Source: an uncultured Oscillospiraceae bacterium (lineage in GTDB: Bacteria; Bacillota; Clostridia; Oscillospirales; Oscillospiraceae). From it: a DNA stretch of 64,000 bases. A program made the translations under genes and the position numbers. The notes beneath the pieces were generated by a model. That model ran no database searches and was not told the origin of the DNA. It saw only the letters and a program-made list of their open reading frames with translations. Numbering within the stretch: the stretch's first letter is position 1; every line of letters begins with the position of its first letter. The DNA lies in the NCBI GenBank assembly GCA_944387225.1, contig CALXDY010000102.1:778-64777 (forward strand). Direction: 5' to 3'. Positions 28,830 to 39,254 of the stretch are shown in pieces.

Positions 28830-31043
28830 ATGAAATCAGGATGGAAACGACTGACCGCCCTGGCCCTGACCGGCACGCTGATCTCCGGTCTGTGTGTAAC
28901 AGCCTCCGCCTTTACCATCCCCAACGCCTATTGGCCCCTGCAGGCTGCCTGGCAAGAAGCGGTTGCCGCCCAGAACATGGATCAGACCATCTCTGTAGCC
29001 CAGCAAACCTATAACCTGTACCATGGTCAGCCCCTGTGCAAGGAGATCTGCGAGATCATGGAGCCCTATTGCAACCGGGCTGCCTGGTGCTACGAGATCA
29101 AGGGTGACCTGGACAACGCCATCTTGTGGCGGGAGCGCCAGCTGATGTATGCCCAGTGGCTCAACGACAACGTCCGCAGCTATCGGGACACTTTGCTCAA
29201 CGTCAACGCCCAGCTGAACCACCTGAACACCGACATGGCCATCTACGCCCTGGTGGATGATCCCGCCGATGTGCCCTACTACGGCTCCGTGGGTGAGCCG
29301 GAATCGGGCGTATACTACGGCACCGTGTCCTCCGGCACCCATATCAATGACTCCGCCGCCCTGATCTATGTAACCTTCGGCGATCCCTACGGCATGGAGT
29401 ATTGGCTGGACTACTACTGCAAGCTGGATCCGGTCACCGACCGGGCCGTCAACAATGGCGGCGTGGTGGAACTGGCCTGGAACTTCCAGGAGAGCAACAG
29501 CGGCCTGCAGACCGTTCTGTCCTCCGACTCCTATATCTCCCAGAGCCTGGCTGAGCTGGGCAGCCGGGATTGCACCGTGCTGCTGCGGATCGGCGCGGAG
29601 ATGAACTGCTGGACCAACCTGCCCGATGCCCAGACCTACATCCAGGCCTACCGGAAGATCGCCCAGGAGGCCCGCCGGTATGACAACATCGCCCTTGTCT
29701 TCTCCCCCAACGACGTGTCTAACCGCACGGTGGATTACGAAACCTATTACCCCGGCGACGAGTATGTGGACTGGATCGGTGTATCCTCCTATAAGTGTAA
29801 CCTGGCCGGCTACGGCAGCGCCTACACCTACGGCAACACCGGCTATTCCAACGACGCCTTCTACTGCACCGGTATTTACGGCAACGATCCCACGGTCATT
29901 TTGGAGGATCTGGCCCAGCTGGCTGCCGACCACAAAAAGCCCATGATGATCAGCGAGTGCGGCGCGGCCTACTACAACAGCTCCACCGGCGTACAGCAGA
30001 CGGACTATGCCGTGGACCAGCTGCGGAAGTTCTACTCCTATCTCCCCATGGTGTACCCCCAGATCAAGGCTATTTTCTACTTTGACGTAAATTATGCAGG
30101 CAGCGATTTCGACTATCTCCTGGCGGGCAACTCCTCCGTAGCCTCTACCTACACGGGTATCGTCTCCCAGGATCCCTTCCTCCAGTGGGGTGAGGATGAG
30201 GGCGCCGGCTACACGGAGCTGAACACCGCCATTGGCAAGGCCGGAGAGACGAAGCTGAGCACCTACATCATCTTCCCCGGTTCCGGTTCCGCCACCTGCA
30301 CCTACTATCTGGACGGCGCCGTGATGGCCACCGTCAATCAGGAGCCCTTTACCTGCACCCTGCCCAGCCAGCTGTCCGCCGGCGTCCACACCATTGAGGC
30401 CCGGGCCGTCCGGGGCGCCTTCTCCGATTCGGTGAAGTACACCATCTATGTGGACAACGACGGCAACGTCTACGGCGCCGATCAGCTGCCCCTGGATCTG
30501 TCCTCCGCCGATCCCTGGGCCGCCGGCCTGATCCTGTCCGCCTACGACAACAACCTGGTGACCGACCGCACGGACTCCAACTTCCGTACCAACATCACCC
30601 GGCTGCAGTTCGCCGAGCTGGCCGTCAATCTGATTGAGCAGGCCACCGGCTCCACCCTGTCCACCGGCAGCCAGACCTTCACGGACACCACCGATCCTGT
30701 CGCTCTGAAGGCCGCCGAGGCGGGCGTTGCCTCCGGCAAGGGCGATGGACGCTTCGCCCCCAATGATCCCATCACCCGTCAGGAGATCTGTGTTATGCTC
30801 CGTCAGGTTATCCGCTGCGTGGATGAGGCCAACGGCACCAACACCCTGACCAACCAGAGCACCACCGTCTCCCCCACCTTCACCGATGCCGGTCAGATCG
30901 CCCCCTGGGCCACCGAGCACATGGCTGTGATTACCAACAACGGTCTCATGAGCGGCAAGGGCGACGGTATCCTGGCCCCCCTGAGCAACACCACCATTCA
31001 GGAGGCCATCACCCTGATTCTTGCGCTGAACAACAAGTTCTGA
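28830..31043 (+). CDS. Secreted GH26-like glycoside hydrolase with Ig-like and SLH domains
   Basis: Signal peptide; LRIGAEMN, YYPGDEYVDWIGVSSY, MISECG; SLH motifs GDGRFAPNDPITRQE and APLSNTTIQEA. Confidence 0.82.
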   Translation: MKSGWKRLTALALTGTLISGLCVTASAFTIPNAYWPLQAAWQEAVAAQNMDQTISVAQQTYNLYHGQPLCKEICEIMEPYCNRAAWCYEIKGDLDNAILWRERQLMYAQWLNDNVRSYRDTLLNVNAQLNHLNTDMAIYALVDDPADVPYYGSVGEPESGVYYGTVSSGTHINDSAALIYVTFGDPYGMEYWLDYYCKLDPVTDRAVNNGGVVELAWNFQESNSGLQTVLSSDSYISQSLAELGSRDCTVLLRIGAEMNCWTNLPDAQTYIQAYRKIAQEARRYDNIALVFSPNDVSNRTVDYETYYPGDEYVDWIGVSSYKCNLAGYGSAYTYGNTGYSNDAFYCTGIYGNDPTVILEDLAQLAADHKKPMMISECGAAYYNSSTGVQQTDYAVDQLRKFYSYLPMVYPQIKAIFYFDVNYAGSDFDYLLAGNSSVASTYTGIVSQDPFLQWGEDEGAGYTELNTAIGKAGETKLSTYIIFPGSGSATCTYYLDGAVMATVNQEPFTCTLPSQLSAGVHTIEARAVRGAFSDSVKYTIYVDNDGNVYGADQLPLDLSSADPWAAGLILSAYDNNLVTDRTDSNFRTNITRLQFAELAVNLIEQATGSTLSTGSQTFTDTTDPVALKAAEAGVASGKGDGRFAPNDPITRQEICVMLRQVIRCVDEANGTNTLTNQSTTVSPTFTDAGQIAPWATEHMAVITNNGLMSGKGDGILAPLSNTTIQEAITLILALNNKF

Positions 31044-31053
31044 TCCTTCAAAC

Positions 31054-31088
31054 AAATTGCCCCCGGCCCAATGGCCGGGGGCAATTTT
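31054..31088. terminator. Bidirectional terminator
   Basis: AAATTGCCCCCGGCC-CAAT-GGCCGGGGGCAATTTT. Confidence 0.8.
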
Positions 31089-33745
31089 CATTTCGTGATG
31101 GGGATTTGTTCCGCCTCCTCTCTTTCTCTGTGGGTATGGGCGGCGCTCCGATCCGCGGCCTTGGCCGCCTCACAGATGGGAATGGGCGCCGCTGCCAGTC
31201 CCAGCACGGCGGCCCACTGGCTGAGGTTCATGGGAACAACGGAAAACACCCCCTGCAGCGGCGGAAGGAGCAGCACAGACATCTGCAGCGCCAGGCCCAC
31301 CAGAAAGGCCCGATTCATCGTCGGGTTGGAAAGCACGCCCTGAGCAAACAAGGACCGCTTCTCACTGCGGATATTGAACGCATGGAACAGCTGACTGAGG
31401 GTGAGGGTAGCAAAGGCCATGGTATTGGCCGATGCCCCTTCCATACCCGGAGTGGCCAGAAGGGTAAAGCCCAGACAGTAAGCGCACAGGGTCAGCCCAC
31501 CCACCATAATACCCTGCCACAGCAGGCGGAGGGAAAACCGACGGTCAAACAAGGACTCCCCCGCACCCCGGGGCGGCTCGTCCATCACGCCCGGCTCCAC
31601 CGGCTCTACCCCCAGTGCCAGGGCGGGCAGGGAGTCGGTAACCAGATTCAGCCACAGCAGCTGCACGGGAACCAGAGGCATCTGCCCCAGATTGAGCAGG
31701 GTTGCGGTAAAGATGGTAAAAATCTCCCCGATGTTGCAGGAAAGTAAGTAATGGATGGCCTTTCGGATGTTGGCGTATATCCCGCGGCCTTCCCGGATAG
31801 CCTGAACGATGGTGGAAAAATGGTCGTCGGTCAGGATCATATCCGCCGCGCCCTTGGCCACGTCCGTACCGGATTTTCCCATAGCGCAGCCAATGTCCGC
31901 AGCCTTTAGGGCGGGGGCATCGTTGACCCCGTCCCCGGTCATGGCAACCACCATTCCCCGGGACTGCCAGGCCCGGACAATCCGCATTTTATGTTCCGGC
32001 GTCACCCGGGCGAATACGGAGAACTGATGGATATCCTCCTCCAGCACCTCCTGGGGCATGAAATCCAGCTCCGCTCCCGTCACGGCCAGGTCCCCGGAAC
32101 GGTAGATATCCAGGTCCCGGGCGATGGCTACGGCGGTGTCCCGGTGATCCCCTGTGATCATCACCGGCCGGACGCCGGCCCGGTGGCATTGTTCCACCGC
32201 CTCCTTCGCCTCCGGCCGGGGCGGATCCAGCAGCCCGAACAGACCGAGGAAGGTCAGCTCTCCCTCCACATCCTCCGGGGAAAGACCGGCGGGCAGGACT
32301 GTCATATCCCGGCAGGCCACCCCCAGCACCCGCAGCGCCTGTTGGGCCATGGCCTGGTTGGCTGCCAGGATGCGGCTCCGCTCCTGTTGGCTCAGGGGCC
32401 CTCTGGGGCCAAACCGGCACCGCTCCAGCAGCAGATCCGGCGCTCCCTTCACATACACCCGATACCCCCCGTCCGGCCCGGGGTGAATGGTGGACATCCG
32501 CTTCCGGTTGGAATCAAAGGGCAGGTCGGCCACCCGGGGAAACGCCTCCTCCAGCTGGTTGCGATCCACGCCCTCCCGGGCGGCGGCCACCACCAGTGCC
32601 CCTTCGGTGGGATCACCCTGAGCCATGGGGGCGCCTGCCCGCCACTCCAACTGGGCGTCGCCGCACAGAGCCGCCGCTGTCAGGGCATCCCGCCGGTGTC
32701 CCCCGGCAGGCAGCCAAAGCTCCCGCACCGTCATTTTATTCTGGGTCAGCGTACCCGTTTTGTCGGAGCAGATCACGCCGGCGCAGCCCAGGGTCTCCAC
32801 TGCGGGCAGCCGTTTGACGATGGCTCCCCGTCCCGCCATTCTGCCCACACCCAGGGCAAGGACAATGGTGACAATGGCGGGAAGGCCCTCGGGAATGGCG
32901 GCTACGGCCAGAGACACGGCGGTTAAAAACATGCCCAGCAGATCCTTCCCCTGGATCAGGCCCACCCCGAACATAACCCCGCAGACACACAGGCAGATAA
33001 AAGAAAGCGTTTTGGAGATCTCCCCCATCCGCTGCTGCAACGGCGTGTCCGTCTGTCCGCCCTCCAGCAGCATCCCGGCAATATGGCCCATCTGGGTATC
33101 CATTCCCGTGGCGCACACCACGGCCCGACCCCGCCCGGCGGTGATCAGCGTGCCCGACAGCACCATATTGTGCCAGTCTCCCACAGGAGCGTCCCGCTCC
33201 ACCCGTTCCCCCACCTGCTTCTCCACTGGAACGGATTCCCCGGTCATAGGGGACTCGTCCGCCTGCAGACGGCTGCACTCCAGGATCCGGCCGTCAGCGG
33301 GCACCAGATCCCCCGCCTCCAGCAGCATTACGTCCCCGGGCACCAGGCAGCTAGCCGGCAGCTTCACCGCCCGTCCATCCCGCAGGACAGACGCCTGGGG
33401 CGCGGTGAGCCGGCGCAGCTCATCCAGCGCCTGCTGGGCCCGATCCTCCTGGGTGATGGAGATGATATTATTTACCACCACAATCACCAGGATAATGGCC
33501 GCATCCAGCCAGTCCCGTCCGCCGCTGGCCGCCAAAGACAAAACCGCCGCTGCCAGCAGCACAAGCACCATGGGGTCGGCCATCTGCCGGATGATTCGCC
33601 GGAGCATTCCCTCTCCCGGCGGGGGCTGCAGTTCGTTTGGCCCGTGGCGCTTCAGCCGCTCCTCCGCCTGGCGGCTGCTCAGCCCCTCCCGACGGCTGCT
33701 CAGCTCCCGCAGCACCTCCTCTACCGGCTCACTATGCCAGTTCAT
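31088..33745 (-). CDS. P-type cation (Ca2+-type, P2A) ATPase
   Basis: TGES, IPEGL, CSDKTGTLT, KGAPD, MITGD, TGDGVNDAPALK, NLVTD. Confidence 0.95.
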   Translation of the reverse strand: MNWHSEPVEEVLRELSSRREGLSSRQAEERLKRHGPNELQPPPGEGMLRRIIRQMADPMVLVLLAAAVLSLAASGGRDWLDAAIILVIVVVNNIISITQEDRAQQALDELRRLTAPQASVLRDGRAVKLPASCLVPGDVMLLEAGDLVPADGRILECSRLQADESPMTGESVPVEKQVGERVERDAPVGDWHNMVLSGTLITAGRGRAVVCATGMDTQMGHIAGMLLEGGQTDTPLQQRMGEISKTLSFICLCVCGVMFGVGLIQGKDLLGMFLTAVSLAVAAIPEGLPAIVTIVLALGVGRMAGRGAIVKRLPAVETLGCAGVICSDKTGTLTQNKMTVRELWLPAGGHRRDALTAAALCGDAQLEWRAGAPMAQGDPTEGALVVAAAREGVDRNQLEEAFPRVADLPFDSNRKRMSTIHPGPDGGYRVYVKGAPDLLLERCRFGPRGPLSQQERSRILAANQAMAQQALRVLGVACRDMTVLPAGLSPEDVEGELTFLGLFGLLDPPRPEAKEAVEQCHRAGVRPVMITGDHRDTAVAIARDLDIYRSGDLAVTGAELDFMPQEVLEEDIHQFSVFARVTPEHKMRIVRAWQSRGMVVAMTGDGVNDAPALKAADIGCAMGKSGTDVAKGAADMILTDDHFSTIVQAIREGRGIYANIRKAIHYLLSCNIGEIFTIFTATLLNLGQMPLVPVQLLWLNLVTDSLPALALGVEPVEPGVMDEPPRGAGESLFDRRFSLRLLWQGIMVGGLTLCAYCLGFTLLATPGMEGASANTMAFATLTLSQLFHAFNIRSEKRSLFAQGVLSNPTMNRAFLVGLALQMSVLLLPPLQGVFSVVPMNLSQWAAVLGLAAAPIPICEAAKAADRSAAHTHREREEAEQIPITK

Positions 33746-33927
33746 TGGTTCATCACACTCCTTCCGGTTCCGTCAGTATAGCAGAGGGCCCGTCCCATTT
33801 TTTAGGGAATACAGGGAGATGCCATTTTTTCTTCCCGTCCCCACCACCCCCATTCCCCCTCGACAATTTGGGGAAAACCTGATACAATGGCCCCGAAAGG
33901 TACCACAATAAAAAAGGAGATTACCAT

Positions 33928-35031
33928 ATGAAACTGCTTCGCTCCATCCTTGCCGCGGGGATGGCTTTCGCCATGTCCGTCACGCTGCTTGCCGGCTGCG
34001 CCTCCGGCCCGGATGGCTCCGCTTCCTCCGGCGGCAGCGTGTCCGCCTCCCAGTCCACCCCTGACGGCAGCGTTCAGCAGGATGGGCCCATCACGCTGAA
34101 CGATCACGCGGGCCGCACCGTCACCCTGGAGGAGCCTGCCCAGCGGATTGTCTCTTCCTACTACCTGTCTACCTCTCTGCTGATTGCCCTGGGTTTGAAG
34201 GACAACCTGGTGGGCATTGAGATGAAGGCCGACACCCGGCAGCTGTTCAAGCTGGCCGCCCCGGAGCTCCTTGACCTGCCCGCTGTGGGCAGCGGCAAGG
34301 GCATCAATGTGGAGGAGACCGCCGCCCTGGAACCCGACCTGGTGGTGATCCCCATGAATCTGGCCGAGTCCGCCGCCCAGTTCGACGCTCTGAACATCCC
34401 CTGTATCGTCATCGAGCCCGAAACCCTGGACAACTTCCTGGATACCATTGACCTTCTGGGCCAGGCCACCGGAACCCAGGATCGTGCCGCCCAGCTGGCC
34501 GATTTCCACCGCTCCGCCATGGAGGACGTGACCCAGCGCTGCGCCCAAGTGGAGGAGAAGCCCCTGGTGTATTTGGCCGGCTCCGACTTCCTTCGCACCG
34601 CCCCCTCCGGCATGTACCAGAACGGGATGATCGAGGCCGCCGGCGGTGTCAACGCCGCAGGCGAGCTTACCGGCTCCGACTGGGTGGACATCTCCGCTGA
34701 GGAGCTGATGGACTGGAATCCCCAGCGAATCTTCATGGTGTCCTACTCCGACTTTACCGAGGCGGATATCCTCAGCGACAGCCGCTTCGCCTCCCTGGAT
34801 GCCGTAAAAAACGGCCAGATTTTCCTCTTCCCCAGCCCCATCGAGCCTTGGGACTACCCCACCGCCTCCAGCGCTCTGGGCTTCTACTGGCTGGCCGCCC
34901 AGCTTCACCCCGATGTCATTACTCCCGAGGAGTATGTGACCATCGCCGAGGATTTCTACCGCACCTTCTTCAACATATCCGTTACCGATGACGATCTGGG
35001 CGTGCTCAGCCTGATGCAGCCCGCCGCGTAA
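33928..35031 (+). CDS. ABC substrate-binding lipoprotein (Fe-siderophore/B12/MolA-like class)
   Basis: Lipobox LAGC; D.AGRTVTL..PAQRIV, NVEE..ALEPDLV, L.AVKNGQ; no permease adjacent. Confidence 0.85.
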   Translation: MKLLRSILAAGMAFAMSVTLLAGCASGPDGSASSGGSVSASQSTPDGSVQQDGPITLNDHAGRTVTLEEPAQRIVSSYYLSTSLLIALGLKDNLVGIEMKADTRQLFKLAAPELLDLPAVGSGKGINVEETAALEPDLVVIPMNLAESAAQFDALNIPCIVIEPETLDNFLDTIDLLGQATGTQDRAAQLADFHRSAMEDVTQRCAQVEEKPLVYLAGSDFLRTAPSGMYQNGMIEAAGGVNAAGELTGSDWVDISAEELMDWNPQRIFMVSYSDFTEADILSDSRFASLDAVKNGQIFLFPSPIEPWDYPTASSALGFYWLAAQLHPDVITPEEYVTIAEDFYRTFFNISVTDDDLGVLSLMQPAA

Positions 35032-35075
35032 CCAAAATTTCAACGATTCAACTACAGAAAGGAGTGTGAGGCGCA

Positions 35076-35840
35076 TTGTATACAGCTCGTAATTATGTTG
35101 TCGCCGCCTCTCCGGAAGAGGCCTGGGAATTGAACCAAAAAAAGGCCAACGCCATCCTGGGCGGCGGGTGCTGGCTGCGCCTGGGTCGCCGCCGTTATGA
35201 CACACTGATCGACCTGTCCGGCCTTAGCCTGGATGAGATCCGTCTGGAGGGGGATACCATCTCTCTGGGCGCCATGGTCACCCTGCGCCAGGTGGAGACC
35301 TCTCCCCTGCTCCGGGAGTCCTTCGGCGACTATTTCTCCCGCTGCACCCGCCACATTGTGGGCGTGCAGTTCCGCAACTGCGCCACGGTGGGGGGCAGCG
35401 TGGCCGCCCGATTTGGATTTTCCGATCCCGTCACTGCCCTGCTGCCTCTGGGCTGCCAGGTGGAGCTGGTAAAGGCGGGCCGGATCCCTCTGGAGCAGTA
35501 CGCCGCTATGCCTTACGACCGGGATGTGCTCACTCACATCCACATCCCCCTGCCCAAGTATGGCCGCCCCGTCTATGAGAGTGTCCGCAACACCCAGACC
35601 GATCTGCCCGTTCTCACCTGCGCCGTGGCCCGGGAGGAGAACGGTCTGGCCGCCGCCCTGGGCGGCCGCAGCGGACGGCCCTCTCTGCTGCGGGGCGCTG
35701 ACCGGGACGGCCTGGTTGAACAGGCCATGAAGCTGTCCTATGTGGATAACCTCCGGGCAGGCGCCGATTACCGGCGTCATCTGGCCAAGGTTCTGCTGAA
35801 CCGGGCCTGTGCCCAACTGGAAGGAGGGGAGCAACTGTGA
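35076..35840 (+). CDS. Xanthine-dehydrogenase-family FAD-binding subunit
   Basis: ILGGG.WL, QFRNCATVGGS, FSD, DYRRHLA. Confidence 0.88.
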   Translation: MYTARNYVVAASPEEAWELNQKKANAILGGGCWLRLGRRRYDTLIDLSGLSLDEIRLEGDTISLGAMVTLRQVETSPLLRESFGDYFSRCTRHIVGVQFRNCATVGGSVAARFGFSDPVTALLPLGCQVELVKAGRIPLEQYAAMPYDRDVLTHIHIPLPKYGRPVYESVRNTQTDLPVLTCAVAREENGLAAALGGRSGRPSLLRGADRDGLVEQAMKLSYVDNLRAGADYRRHLAKVLLNRACAQLEGGEQL

Positions 35841-36298
35841 AACTGACCCTGACACTCAACGGCGTCCGTCGGACCGACGAGGTGGCCGCCGACACCACCC
35901 TTTTCTCCTATCTGCGGGATCGGGGCTGCCTGTCTGTAAAGTGCGGCTGCGAAACCAGCAACTGCGGCCTGTGTACCGTTTGGCTGGAGGGAAAGCCGGT
36001 GCTGTCCTGCTCCGTGCCCGCCCTCCGGGCCCAGGGCAAGTCCGTCACCACCCTGGAGGGGCTCCAGGAGGAGGCCGCGCAGTTCGGCGCCTATCTGGCC
36101 GATGAAGGAGCGGAGCAGTGCGGCTACTGCTCCCCCGGCTTTGTGATGAATGTGCTGTCCATGGTGCGGGAGCTGGACAACCCCACCGACGAAGAGATCA
36201 AGGAGTACCTGGCGGGCAACCTGTGCCGCTGCACCGGCTATCAGGGCCAGCTGCGGGCCATCCGCCGGTATCTGCAGGAGAAGGGAGGGGCCAAATGA
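35837..36298 (+). CDS. Xanthine-dehydrogenase-family [2Fe-2S] subunit
   Basis: GCETSNCGLCTV...SC, QCGYCSPG, GNLCRCTGY. Confidence 0.92.
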   Translation: MKLTLTLNGVRRTDEVAADTTLFSYLRDRGCLSVKCGCETSNCGLCTVWLEGKPVLSCSVPALRAQGKSVTTLEGLQEEAAQFGAYLADEGAEQCGYCSPGFVMNVLSMVRELDNPTDEEIKEYLAGNLCRCTGYQGQLRAIRRYLQEKGGAK

Positions 36299-38586
36299 AG
36301 ACCAAGTATGTGTCCACCGGTGTGCGGAAAAAGGACGCCATGAGCCTGGTCACGGGCAAGCCGGTATATACCGGCGACATGGTTCCCCCCAACGCCCTGC
36401 GGCTGAAGCTGCTCCGTTCCCCCCACGCCCGGGCCTATATCCGCTCCATTGACACCTCCAAGGCCAAGCTGGTGCCCGGTGTGGTGTGCGTTCTCACCTG
36501 GGAAGACGCCCCCCAGAGCCGCTTTACCACCGCCGGCCAGACCTGGCCGGAACCCAGCCCCTACGACCGTCTGATTCTGGACCGGCAGCTGCGCTGCTGC
36601 GGCGACCCGGTGGCTATCGTGGCCGCGGAAACGGAGCAAGCCGCCCAGCAGGCCCTGAAGCTGATCCAGGTGGACTATGAGGTGCAGACGCCCCTGCTGG
36701 ACTTTACCCAGGCCAAAGACAATCCCATTCTGGTCCATCCGGAGGACAACTTCCGGGCCCTGTGCGACGTAGGCACCGACGCCAAACGAAACCTGGTTTC
36801 CACCGACTGCTGTGAAGTGGGAGATGTGGATGAGGAGCTGAAGCGCTGTGACGTAGTGCTGGAGCGCACCTACAACACCCTGGCCAACAGCCAGGCCATG
36901 ATGGAGACCTTCTGCACCTTCACCTATCTGGACGAATACGGCCGCCTGACCGTAGTCTCCTCCACTCAGGTGCCCTTCCACGCCCGCCGGATCCTGTCCA
37001 ATGCTTTGGAAATCCCCAAGGGTCAGATCCGGGTGGTCAAGCCCCGGATCGGCGGCGGCTTCGGCGCTAAGCAGAGTGTGGTCAGCGAGCTTTTCCCCGC
37101 CCTGGTGACCAAGGTCACCGGCCGGGCCGCCTATATCTGCTACACCCGGCAGGAGTCCATGACCAACGGCTCCCCCCGCCATCAGATGCAGATGCGGGTA
37201 CGCATCGGCGCCGATCGGGACGGTACCATCCGCGCCATTGACCTGCACGCCCTGTCCAACGCCGGAGCCTACGGCGACCACGGTCCCACCACGGTGGGGC
37301 TTGTGGGTCACAAGTCCCTGGCCCTGTACGGCAGTCTGATTGCCAGCCGCTTTACCTCCGACGTGGTTTACACCAACACCATGGGCGGCGGTGCTTACCG
37401 TGGCTACGGCGCCACCCAGGGCATCTACGCCGTAGAATCCGCCGTCAATGAGCTGGCCGCTCAGCTGGGGATGGATCCCACTGTGATCCGGGAAAAGAAC
37501 ATGGTCCGTCAGGGCCAGACTATGCCCAACTACTACGGGGAGCCCTGCAACAGCTGCACTCTGGATCAGTGCATGGCCGCCGCCAAGGAGCACATGGACT
37601 GGGACAACAAGTTCCCCCGCCGGGTGCTGCCCAACGGCCATATCCGGGCGGTTGGTGTGGCCATGGCCATGCAGGGCAGCGGCATCTCCGCCGTGGATAC
37701 CGCCAGCGTGGAGATCCGCCTGAACGACGGCGGCTTCTATACCCTGCTGGTAGGCTGCACCGATATGGGCACCGGCTGCGACACCATTTTGGCTCAGATG
37801 GCCGCCGACTGTCTGGACTGCGACATTGCCGACATCTCCGTCCGGGGGGTGGACACCGACCAGTCTCCCTACGATACCGGTTCTTACGCCTCCTCCACCA
37901 CCTACGTCACCGGCGGCGCCGTGGTCAAGACCTGCGCCCAGCTGCGGGAAAAGATCCTGGCCGAGGGCGCCCGGCTGCTGGGAGTGTCCCCGGAAGAGGC
38001 GGAGTTCGACGGGGACAAGGTTTTTGTCCCCGGTACAGACCGCTGCATCACCCGGAAGGAACTGGGCTGGGCCAGCTTTGAGGGCCACAGCCGTACCCTG
38101 TCCGCCAGCCAGTCCCACTCCTCCCCCATTTCGCCGCCCCCCTTCATGGTGGGCATGGCGGAAATCGACCTGGATCCGGAGACAGGCACGGTGGAGGTGG
38201 TGGACTATGTGGCCGAGGTAGACTGCGGCACGGTCATCAACACCAATCTGGCCCGAGTACAGACGGAGGGCGGCATCGTCCAGGGCATCGGCATGGCGCT
38301 GTATGAGAATGTGCAGTACAACGCCGCCGGGAAGCTGCTCAACGACTCCTTCCTCCAGTATAAGATCCCCACCCGCCTGGAGGCCGGCACCATCCGGGTC
38401 GCCTTCCATCCCAGCTATGAACCCACCGGCCCCTTTGGCGCAAAATCCATCGGTGAGCTGGTCATCAACACCCCCGCCCCCGCTATTACGGAGGCCATCC
38501 GCAACGCAACCGGCCTGTCCTTCCACAGCCTGCCCATCCGGGCGGAGGATATCGCCATGGCACTGGAGAAACAAAACCATGATTGA
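36295..38586 (+). CDS. Xanthine-dehydrogenase-family molybdopterin-binding subunit
   Basis: RSPHARA, STQVP, IGGGFGAKQ, AYRGYGATQ, DMGTG, ASSTT, GAKSIGE. Confidence 0.93.
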   Translation: MKTKYVSTGVRKKDAMSLVTGKPVYTGDMVPPNALRLKLLRSPHARAYIRSIDTSKAKLVPGVVCVLTWEDAPQSRFTTAGQTWPEPSPYDRLILDRQLRCCGDPVAIVAAETEQAAQQALKLIQVDYEVQTPLLDFTQAKDNPILVHPEDNFRALCDVGTDAKRNLVSTDCCEVGDVDEELKRCDVVLERTYNTLANSQAMMETFCTFTYLDEYGRLTVVSSTQVPFHARRILSNALEIPKGQIRVVKPRIGGGFGAKQSVVSELFPALVTKVTGRAAYICYTRQESMTNGSPRHQMQMRVRIGADRDGTIRAIDLHALSNAGAYGDHGPTTVGLVGHKSLALYGSLIASRFTSDVVYTNTMGGGAYRGYGATQGIYAVESAVNELAAQLGMDPTVIREKNMVRQGQTMPNYYGEPCNSCTLDQCMAAAKEHMDWDNKFPRRVLPNGHIRAVGVAMAMQGSGISAVDTASVEIRLNDGGFYTLLVGCTDMGTGCDTILAQMAADCLDCDIADISVRGVDTDQSPYDTGSYASSTTYVTGGAVVKTCAQLREKILAEGARLLGVSPEEAEFDGDKVFVPGTDRCITRKELGWASFEGHSRTLSASQSHSSPISPPPFMVGMAEIDLDPETGTVEVVDYVAEVDCGTVINTNLARVQTEGGIVQGIGMALYENVQYNAAGKLLNDSFLQYKIPTRLEAGTIRVAFHPSYEPTGPFGAKSIGELVINTPAPAITEAIRNATGLSFHSLPIRAEDIAMALEKQNHD

Positions 38587-39151
38587 TCTCATCTTACTGG
38601 CCGCCGGAGCCTCCCGCCGCTTCGGCAGTCAAAAGCTGCTGGCGGATTTTCAGGGCAAGCCCCTGTACCGGTATGCCTTTCAGGCTGCCCGGGAAACCGC
38701 CGACGCCATGCAGGGCCTCCGGGTGATTGTGGTCACCCGGGCCGGTCTTCTGGATGACGCCATCCGGGAATTCAGCTTCAACAAGGTACTGGTAGCCGAT
38801 GATCTGCCCCTGAGCCAATCGGTGGCAGCGGGCTGCCGCGCCGCCCGGCCCGGCTCCAGCCGGTGCTTCCTGGTGTGCGACCAGCCCGGACTCACCGGCG
38901 AGCTGCTCACCGGCTTCCTCCGGGACTACCTCCTCAGCGGACGGCCCCTGGGCCGGGTACACGCCGGGGAACAAATGGGCAGCCCCTGCATCTTTTCCCC
39001 CATCTTCATTCCCCAGCTGCTGTCCCTCACCGGTGACGAAGGCGGCCGCACCATTTTCCAGAGCCGGGAACGGGAGACCTTCCTTTATGAGGTACCCGCC
39101 CAGGCCATCCAGGATTACGACACCCCCTGGCAAACGGAACCTGAAGCATAA
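38579..39151 (+). CDS. Molybdenum cofactor cytidylyltransferase-like (MocA) nucleotidyltransferase
   Basis: ILLAAGASRRFG..KLL, CDQP, L.GDEGGR, D.DTP; end of the XDH operon. Confidence 0.85.
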   Translation: MIDLILLAAGASRRFGSQKLLADFQGKPLYRYAFQAARETADAMQGLRVIVVTRAGLLDDAIREFSFNKVLVADDLPLSQSVAAGCRAARPGSSRCFLVCDQPGLTGELLTGFLRDYLLSGRPLGRVHAGEQMGSPCIFSPIFIPQLLSLTGDEGGRTIFQSRERETFLYEVPAQAIQDYDTPWQTEPEA

Positions 39152-39155
39152 ACTT

Positions 39156-39186
39156 ACGGGACTGACCCTTTGGGTCAGTCCCGTTT
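39156..39186 (+). terminator. Intrinsic terminator
   Basis: ACGGGACTGACCC-TTT-GGGTCAGTCCCGTTT. Confidence 0.75.
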
Positions 39187-39190
39187 GCTG

Positions 39191-39219
39191 TGATATCCCC
39201 CTATCCTCCCTCATACAGT
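39191..39219 (+). promoter_or_regulatory. Putative sigma-E-type sporulation promoter
   Basis: tgATAt...16bp...CATACAGT upstream of spoIIP. Confidence 0.45.
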
Positions 39220-39254
39220 AAAAGGGAACGGTACAGAGGATAAGGAGGGATTCC

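Noticed and set aside
36295-38586. Selenocysteine-containing or specifically named (xdhA, purine hydroxylase) molybdenum hydroxylase
   Set aside because: No in-frame TGA and no selenium accessory genes (yqeB/yqeC) adjacent; substrate is not determinable from sequence.
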